A stretch of DNA of 64,000 bases from Octopus sinensis (Eukaryota): the NCBI RefSeq assembly GCF_006345805.1, contig NC_043000.1:68572001-68636000 (forward strand), given 5' to 3'. Each line of letters opens with the position of its first letter. The first letter of the stretch is position 1. A model generated the notes under the pieces. The model was not told the origin of the DNA. It did not search any database and saw only the letters and a program-made list of their open reading frames with translations. A program made the position numbers and the translations under genes. Positions 54,880 to 64,000 of this stretch are shown piece by piece.

Positions 54880-55200
54880 ACTGAAAAATATCTATAACAA
54901 AATTCTAATTGATAAATATAATTTTTTATTAAAACAAAACACGCAGCTGAAGTAAATTTCCTGGTGTGAAGAATCAACACATGCACGTGAAACACAACAC
55001 AATGTGTGGTTGTCGTGGTAATAAGCTGCTAAAGCCCTGCTGTCTGTTGATTGGCTAAAATTACCCAAATTTTTAAACTTTAATTCCAAATAACATCAGA
55101 TTCTTTGACTTACGAGATAAAGTTGATCGTAATCAAAATTCAGAGTTGCATCAATACACCAAAATTGAAAGCAATCAGAGCAAAATTAAAGGGGGCTGAT
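54880..55200 (-). mobile_element. Non-autonomous repeat family G
   Basis: Reverse complement of 58432-58735 (cagagttgcatcaatacaccaaaattgaaagcaatc). Confidence 0.75.
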
Positions 55201-55453
55201 TTTGCGAATGAAAAAGACCAGATCCATATATATATATGTGTGTGTGTGTGTGTGTATACACACATATATATGTATGTGTGTGTGTGTGTGACCAGTATAA
55301 GATACTCTTGTGTTTTCTTTCTTCCCAACTGTTTGGAGTGCACCAAAGAGTAGGTTACTCGACTGCTAGTATGATATTAACAGTTTGTTTTCTTTCTACT
55401 ACTTTTGTGTTATTCATGACCCAAGACACACGGCTTTCAATCATACTCAAATG

Positions 55454-55675
55454 CAGTGGTTCTCAACTAGGGCCATATAAGATTTGGTCGTTAAAATTTG
55501 TCTGCAATAAATTGCTTTACGAAACACTAAATATTCTTAACTTTTTATACAATTCCTAATATTTAATTATAAGCACATAATAGAAACTTTTTAAACATCA
55601 AATGATTATGGAAGTCCATCCGAGTGAAACAAGTATTAAAGGATTCCTTAAGAAAAAAATGCTTGAGAATCACTA
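55454..55675. mobile_element. hAT/Charlie-type MITE
   Basis: Termini cagtggttctcaac / cttgagaatcacta. Confidence 0.65.
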
Positions 55676-56292
55676 ATCTAACTAGTCTGTGATGCTGTTT
55701 TTTTTTAGCCCTTAATCCAGGAAACCTGTGGTCAAAAGCTTTCTTCTGTTTCTATTCAATGTTTTTGTTTTTTTTTTGTTTTCAATTGAAGTGTACATAG
55801 AACTGAAATAACAAATGTCTCTTTTTAAAGACGATAGAATAGAATTTTAGAGAACTTAACTGCTATTTTTAGCAGAGCGACTGATCGGGTTGAAGCTCCC
55901 TCGTTAGCTTGTGTCCAACTAGATACCATCGGGACGTGATATATCACATCCCTGGTGTCCATCCATCATATATATTACACATTGCCATTTTTTCCCAACC
56001 ACTAGACTAACTTGGGACTTATGAAGGGAAAGCTTTATATAACATACGAATGTATTTATGAAACAACAGCTAACTAAAATTCTGTAAACAAGCATGGACT
56101 TTCAAAGGATAAACTTATGAAAATGATTTGTTCATGCAAAAGGGGAAGCAACGACTTTTAGTGCTGATGTCAATTTATCACATAAAAAAAAAGCGTACTA
56201 AACTGACTTCGTATCTAGGTAGATATTTGTTTCTCAATAGCTTCACACCATAGAAACAGGAGATATATAACCACGACCTCAATGGTCGATAG

Positions 56293-56623
56293 CAATGTTT
56301 CTCAACCATTTTTTATCGGTGAACTCCTTCGATTCCTATTTTATTCTGGTGGACTTACATAAACATTGGATGTTTATTCACTAGTTTTATAGATACTTCC
56401 TTCAAAATACTCATTTTGTTTTTCAAAGATTAACTTGTGTTGGTTGAACTATGTGAAATGTTAGACGAGGTAAGCTGTTTCTTGCAACAGATACATCTAA
56501 TTCAAAAGAAAAAAAAATTGCTCCTTCAAATGCTACTGTGAATCCCCAATTTACTATTCTGCTTCATGGATCTCCAGGGGTCATATGGACCTATAAAGAA
56601 TACCCAAAAGTTATGAAGCATTG
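56293..56623. mobile_element. hAT/Charlie-type MITE
   Basis: Starts caatgtttctcaacc; ends ggggtcatatggacc...gttatgaagcattg. Confidence 0.5.
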
Positions 56624-57218
56624 GTTAGGTTTGCTTAGTTGCTTCAGATATAATACTACGATATCAAAATCACTATGATATAACCACTACAATATATGAC
56701 CACATCTACTTAGTTAACAAAATAAGATGAAAAGAACATTTCCCATGAAGATTGTTTTCATGTTGTTCAAGATAATCCCTCACTGTCTCTTTCCCTCACT
56801 CTCGTACCCTCCCCACCCCATACACACTACTTTTCTTATAAACTCTCACCTTTTTTTCTCTTCTTATCCTTTCACCTCTCCTCTCTCCGCGTTTTCCTTC
56901 CAATCGTTCTCTCTCATTCCTTTGCTCTCCTTTTTATCCGCTACTTCTTTCCCCTGTTTTTCATTACATTTTCTTTATTTTCCCCACATTTCATTTTTAT
57001 CTTTCGCATAATTTCTTTCTGCCTTTCCACTCACTCACACATACATACACACACACATACACACAAACACACACATTCGCTCACACACACACACACATAC
57101 ATACAAACACACACACATACACTCACACACATATATACACAACAAACACACTCACACACATATATACACAACAAACACACTCACATATATACACAACAAA
57201 CACACTCACACACACACA

Positions 57219-57268
<50 letters not shown>

Positions 57269-57634
57269 ACACACACACATTTTCTTTCCTCCTGTTCAAA
57301 CATACGCACACACAAATTCTCTTTTTCTCTTTTCAACACGGACACTCACGCACACTCGTTTTCTCTCTTTTGCTTCTCTTCAAACGCTACCACCACCACC
57401 ACTACCACCCACTCATAAAATCCTTCTCCTCCTTCCCCCCCTTTGCTGCTCCTCCGTTCGTGCCGCTCCAACTCACTTTACGATTGTCTATCTGTTTTGA
57501 TTACCTTTGTGGTGTTATTGGTGAAAGTGAGAACTGTGCACGTGTGTTGAATGAAACCGTAACTTTCAGCCTTTCCTCCCAAACACAGCGATAACTTTAC
57601 ATGTTCGGCATCTGTGTAAACACTAGTGGAATGT

Positions 57635-57712
<78 letters not shown>

Positions 57713-58431
57713 AGACAGAGAGGTGGGGAGTGAAAGACGGACCGAAAGATATGGGGAGGGGAGAGGAGATGGAAAGGGAGAGACTGGGAAAGGTTATATG
57801 ACTGTGCTGCAACACAACTCTACAACTTCACCATCCTGATAATCACCATCACGATGACGACGACGACGACGACGACTATCACCTCTACCACCATCATCCC
57901 TTCACTTATTATTACCAGTACTACCACTACCACCTCTACAACTACCAACACTACCACCACTACCAGCCTCAACAATTACTACTACTACTACTACTACTTC
58001 CAACATCACTACCACAACTACCACCGACAACACCATTGCTACACCAACTATCACCACCATCACCAATAACGACACAAACACCACTAATAAGTTCCACCAC
58101 CACTACTATCACTACTACTAATCCCTTCAACAAGGGAGCTCCCGACATATTTGCTCGATCTGCTAGAAATAGGAGTTAATTCTCTGTCAAATCATACCGT
58201 CGGAAAAAGGGAAATAAAGATAAATTGGATCTTGTAAGCATTGATTATACAAAAACGAAAATGACAGGATAGTCGCGGCTGCAATATGGCATTGACTATA
58301 AGCCTGCTCGATCAGGATTGACCCGGGGTTAAACGATCAAGTACTCTCCATTACAACATCCGTCACTGCTTGATTTCATTACAGACCAGATGTTCTGGAG
58401 ATTTGTTTGTCCCCCTTCACTTTTCATTTGC

Positions 58432-58735
58432 AAAATGAGCCCCCTTTAATTTTGCTCAGATTGCTTTCAATTTTGGCGTATCGATGCAACTCTGAATTTT
58501 GATTACGATCAACCAATTACTTTATATCGTAAATTAAAGAATCTGATGTCATATGGAATCAAAGTTGGGAAATTTGGGTAATTTTAGCCAATCAACAGAC
58601 AGCGAGGCATTAACAGCTTGTTACCATGACCACCGCATATTGTGTTGTGTTCCACCCCGCGTGTTTTGTTTCAATAAAAATTTTTATTTATCAATTAGAA
58701 TTTTATTATAGATATTTTTCAATTGACTTAATATT
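58432..58735 (+). mobile_element. Non-autonomous repeat family G
   Basis: Matches 54880-55200; contains gggtaattttagccaatca, also seen in family F. Confidence 0.75.
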
Positions 58736-59271
58736 TTATATATTTTTCATACAAAGCAAAAGTTGTCTGCGATGTTTATACAGTTTCTTGGCATTATGAA
58801 GGTGAATGGAATATGTGAACTTAGTACTGATAATTTGACACATTATTTTTGAATTCTGCATGCAAAAACATAAGATACAGGTATTCTGTATCTTATGGCA
58901 TTGACTATAAGCCTGCTCGATCAGGAGTGACCTGGGGCTAAACAAGCTAGTACTCTCCATTACAACATCCGTCACTGCTTGATTTCATTACAGACCAGAT
59001 GTTCTGGAGATTTGTTTGTCCCCCACCCCCTCACTTCTCGTTGATACCTTCTCCAATACATACACGCCTATCATACATTTTCATGCTACGAAGTAAAACG
59101 AAAGAAAAAAAAAGAAATGGAAATAGATCTTACGTCGATTTCGACGATGTCCCAGTTGTTTGATTAACTGGAGTATCTACTTGGCTGGATGTGTGTGAAT
59201 GAGATTTTGTGCCGATACACTATATTGTCTTTTTTCTTTCGTATATTCTCCATCCTTCCACACACAAATAC

Positions 59272-59355
<84 letters not shown>

Positions 59356-59459
59356 CTTACTATTTGTCTTCTCGTACGCTTCCTTTACTCATACCACCCT
59401 TCTTTCGCCCTTCACATCTATTTTCTTTTTCACCATCTTCAACTAAACTTCAACTAAAC

Positions 59460-59512
<53 letters not shown>

Positions 59513-59888
59513 ATACACACACACACACACTTGTAACTTTAACGTTAATCAGTCAGAATCAGCGCAATAGGTTCGCCTTTTGAATTAAATGCAAACTCAA
59601 AGCCACGGGCTTCTATATAGTTTCTGTCTTATTCTACGAAACGATGTGATTTAGTTAATCATTCCACTATTTCTAAATAAAATGTTTTTGTGACATTGAG
59701 TTAGTGCTACTGTTTTGCCTCCAGTCGGGTATGAACAAAGAGACCATTAATCAAAGGCGATCTAGCTGTGACCAATTTGTATCTAGGACCATATATTCCA
59801 ATGTGCTCCTTCCAGTTTAAAGAGAAGTAGGTCAGGATTTGAAAGCAATTTGGCTGCTATTCCTTGTAGAACGAACGATCACGTCGGG

Positions 59889-59927
<39 letters not shown>

Positions 59928-59929
59928 TC

Positions 59930-62900
59930 GAGTTGGCAGATCGATTCAGACTGGACCACCCAGACACTCCAGCGTGGACCTGGGCAAGAAACGACGGGTC
60001 GTCCAGATCTTACATAGATAGAATCAGAACTAACTAGAAGAAGAAAGATAATACTTAGCCGTCCACAACACCATATCGTCAGCTACAGCGATCACAAATT
60101 AGTGACCTGTACGCTCGACATAGATAGCATGTGTAGACGAGGTACCGGTTACTGGAAGCTAAACAAGTTACTATTGGACTGTGAAGCCTACAGGAATCGG
60201 ATTAAACAATTAGTAATGAGGGCGTTAACCGGATCCATTATCAACAACAAATGGTGGTACGCACTGAAAAGAGCCATCAAATTACGTTTAGCAAAGAATT
60301 AGCTAGTGCTAGAAACAAAGTAGAAAAGGAAATAGTTAAGGCAATAGATGAGGCAATGAGGTCAGGCAGTACATCGAAAGTGTTAGCGGCGAGGTTGGCA
60401 CTCGACCAACATCTCAAAGCTAAACATGAAGGGTGCATTGTCAGGGCTAAGATCCGTGCAATGAGCCAGGAAGGGATCAACGCAGTCGGATGGGCCCGGG
60501 TGGTACAGGGCCAGCGTGGCAACAACTCAGCCATTCGAACTTTGACGGGCCCAAAGGGTCGATTAGTAAACGAACCCGAGGAGATGTGCAAGGTGTTTCA
60601 CGATCATTTCGCCCAGCTATTCGGGAGGAGCGGCGGACTGGAACGCGGGGAGAAGCTCGCAGACTTCCTAGCCGGTTCGCCACGTCTATCGAGGCCGGAC
60701 GCGGAATCTTGTGAGGCGCCGATCACAGCCAAAGAAATCGAGGATGTGTTGGCAGACTGCGGCGGGGACAAATCGCCGGGACTCGATGGTCTGCCTTACG
60801 AACTCTATAGTAGCATGCCAGACTTGCATGCGTGTACACCAACTGGCAGCAGAACTGGAGAATTCCTAAGTCTGTGAGCCGAGGGGTGGTAGCGCTGTTA
60901 AGAAAGGACCCAAACAAGGGGGATTTAATTGATAATTTTCGGCCCATCACTCTGCTTAACGCAGAGTTGAAGATTTTGGCCAAGGTCTTAGCAAAAAGGT
61001 TGGCGCGGATCGTGGGTGAACTTGTTGGCGAGGCGCAAACTTGCGCCATCCCTGGAAGGACCATCCACGACAATCTCCACTTTCTACGCTATGCCTTAGA
61101 AAGGGTAAATAGGATTCCTGGCAAGGATGGGGCTATGGTCCACTTGGACCAATCGAAAGCGTTCGATAGGGTGGGCCATCAGTATCTGGCGGCGGTCCTC
61201 ACGGTGGTTGGCTTCGGCCCGACCTTCAGCGGATGGATCAACGCTTTATACAGCAACATCGAATCGGTAGTTCGGGTGAATGGTTTCTTTTCGGAGCCGT
61301 TCCGCATTGAACGTTCGGTACATCAAGAGTGTCCTCTCTCCCCGCTTCTCTACGTTTTGGCCCTCGAGCCGTTGCTGAGGAGGTTGGAAACTATGAGGGG
61401 CACTCCGCAAGATCTAGGGTGCGGAAAGTCAGCTTCGGCGTATGCGGACGACATCACCGTCATCGTATCCCAAGTCGAGCACCTACAGTAGGTGGGTGAG
61501 GCCTTAAGGGACTACGAAGCGGTGGCAGGAGCGAAAGTCAACCGGGATAAATCGGTCGGCTTGCAACTCGGCACCTGGAGGGGCAAATCGATGTCTTCCG
61601 ACAGCGTCGTAGGACGTTGGACGGAAGGGCCGGTGAAAATGCTTGGAATCTGATTAGGTCCAGATCTCCAGATAGAGAAGAATTGGAGCGAGGTGGCGAG
61701 AAAGGTGGCTCTCCTAACTCAGACCTGGTCTGAGCGGAAGCTGTCCTTGAAAGGGAGGGCGGAGGTTGCAGCGGTGTTTATCGCCTCTGTAATCACTTAC
61801 TGCCTGACCGTCGTGCCTTGCCCCGATTCGTGGTTGAACAAGCTGGAACGCATGCTCTTTCGCTTTTTGTGGAGGAGCAGCAGACCTCTTGTAAGGCGCT
61901 CTATTTGCTGCCAAAAGCCGCTGAAGGGTGGGTTAGGGATACCGTGGCTAAAAATGCGCAGACATGCACTCAGGCTTAGGCACCTCTGGCTTTACCTGGA
62001 CGGTGAGCAGGTGTGGTCTTCGTTCGTCAAGCTGTTATTTCCACAGTTCACATCGTTTACCAAACTGAACCCATGGATCAAGTGTAGACCGAGGTTGGGC
62101 ATGTGGCATGTAGAGTGCCATCAGGCACTCGTGCTTCTCTCCCAGTCGGGCAAAGCCGGTGGCGGGGGTACTACCTCGTTCTTCTATAGAGGGTTAGTAG
62201 AGTTTAAGTGTGACGACGTCCTGGGAGAAAACCTGGGCTTCGACGAAAATCAACTGGCCAGCCTGTTCCAAAGGACATTCGGTCCGGGGCCTATGGATAA
62301 TTACCAAAAGTCCCTGGCCTGGCAATGTTACAGAGGAGCTTTACCGGTTCGAGATTAGCTCTTTAGACATGGGTGTGCACCTTCGCCGGTTTGTGCAAGA
62401 TGTGAGGGGGACAGTGAAACTGTCCTGCACGCGATTGTGCAATACCCCAAGGTGACTGAACTCTGGGCTTATGTCAAACACCTGCTGTCGCATTCGAGAA
62501 GAGTACAACTGTCGAGCGAATCTGTAATTAAGATAGTTCTGCCGATCTCCCTGAATAGGGAGGAGCGAGCCTGTTTTCTCTCGGTAGTTGCTATGGCGAA
62601 AGAAGTAGTATGAAAGGCGAGAGTGAAAGGAATTGCAACAGGCATGTTTATCTCCAGTCTCGAGCTAATCGACTTCTTCGTTTTCCACATGAAACGGAAA
62701 ATAAGGCTGGAGAAGAAATGCCTGTCGCAAAGTGTGTTTCGTAAAAGATGGAAGTATATAGCAAGTATGTTGCGAGTGAAAGAACCTGTTTAATCGAGAA
62801 AGTAAAAAAGGAGAAAGCGAAGTCTTCAGTGTGAGTATGTGGTTTATGGGGTCAACCGCGTCCTCCGCTTCATTTTTTGTTATTCACTCATTCCCATTTA

Positions 62901-63021
62901 ATTGTATATATTTTAACTGTTTGTTTAACTGTTTGTTTGTTTAACGTTTCGTCTCATTCGATACCCTGACCCCAACGTTTGTTTTGTCCCCCTCTTTTTC
63001 TCAACCTTATGGTGAATACAG

Positions 63022-63025
<4 letters not shown>
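59930..63025 (+). mobile_element. Tx1/L1-like LINE, 5'-truncated in the APE domain, ORF2 broken by stops and frameshifts
   Basis: APE end (WTW...SRSYIDRI, SDHKLV, YWKLN); RT (KSPGLDGLPYE, NFRPITLLNAELKILAK, LDQSKAFDRV, QECPLSPLLY, YADD); RPLKGGLG-type motif QKPLKGGLGIP; C-terminal CARC..ETVLHA; 3'UTR. Confidence 0.95.
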
Positions 63026-63073
<48 letters not shown>

Positions 63074-63137
63074 TCTCTCTCTCTCTCTGCCGTGAGCTCA
63101 ATGACATCAGACAGCTAAGTGATATATTCCTTTCTAA

Positions 63138-63350
63138 AGGCAGCGAGCTGGCAGAAACGTTAGCACGACAGGCAAATTGCTTAGCGGTATTTCGGCTGAC
63201 TTTACGTTCTGAGTTCAAATTCCGCCGAGGTCGACTTGGTCTTTCAGTCTTTTGGAGTCCATAAATTAAGTACCAGTTGCGTACTGGGGTCGCTGTAATC
63301 GACTGGCCCCCTCCTCCCAAATTTCGGGCCTTGTGCCTAGAGTAGAAAAG
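63138..63350 (+). mobile_element. SINE family A
   Basis: ggcagcgagctggcagaaacgttagcac head to agtagaaaagga tail. Confidence 0.9.
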
Positions 63351-63359
63351 GATACGTTC

Positions 63360-63780
63360 CTATCTATTATAGGCACAAGGCCTGAAATTTTGTGAGTGGA
63401 TGCTAGTCGATTACATCAACTCCAGTGCTGGTACCAATTTTATCGTTCTAGAAAGAATGAAAGGCAAAGTCGACTTCAGCGGAATTTGAATTCAGAAGGT
63501 AACGACAGACGAAATTCTGCTAAGCGTTTTATCTGGCATGCTAATGATTCTGCCAACTCGCTGCCTTAGTTAAAATATATAGAGATTTCAAATTCTAGCA
63601 CAAAGACAGCAATTTTTGTTGGGGTGGGTTAGTCGATTATATCAACCCCAGGCTCAGCTAGCACTTATTTTATCGACCCCGAAAGAAAGAAAGGCAAAGT
63701 CGACTTCTGTGAAATTTGAACTCAGAAAGTAAAGACATGAAACGTCGCTAAGCCTTTTGTCCGGCGTGCTAACGGTTTTG
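63360..63780 (-). mobile_element. Two SINE family A copies in tandem, reverse orientation
   Basis: 63360-63575 and 63590-63780; both contain gaaaggcaaagtcgactt. Confidence 0.85.
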
Positions 63781-63789
63781 ACTTATACT

Positions 63790-63952
63790 TCTACAATACA
63801 CCAAATATTTAGATATTTTTTAATACAATTCCTAATACTTAATTATAAAATCATAACGGTATTTTTTAAACATCGAAGGAGTAGGAAGATCCACCCGAGT
63901 AAAATGGAAATCACAGGGGTTCCATAGGTAAGAAAGGGTTGATAAACACTGA
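63790..63952. mobile_element. hAT/Charlie-type MITE fragment
   Basis: Ends ggggttccataggtaagaaagggttgataaacactg. Confidence 0.55.
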
Positions 63953-64000
63953 TCTAGATGAAAATATGTACCGCGTGGTGGTGACTGCTATAAAAACAAT

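Overview
AT-rich, microsatellite-saturated animal genomic DNA. The SINE families present look like those of Octopus; this taxon call is from recognition, not a search. Most of the 64 kb is repeats: two abundant tRNA-derived SINE families (called A and B here), other retro-tails, MITEs, and decayed autonomous elements. The decayed elements are a Chapaev3-like transposase (12.2-13.9 kb), a Tc1 (26.6-27.8 kb), an R4/Dong-like LINE (34.4-37.0 kb), two Tx1/L1-like LINEs (32.7-34.3 and 59.9-63.0 kb) and an RTE-like relic (40.8-41.9 kb). Most ORFs in the track are microsatellite or antisense artefacts. No host gene can be named. Several minus-strand segments at 2.4-23 kb have splice signals and open frames and may be exons of an unidentified or decaying gene. 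The most notable structure is a housekeeping-type promoter motif cluster (ZNF143-like, 2x NRF1, ETS, E2F) at 31.4-31.5 kb, sitting between the two halves of a repeat whose sister copies lack it. Repeat boundaries were read by eye and are approximate to tens of bp.
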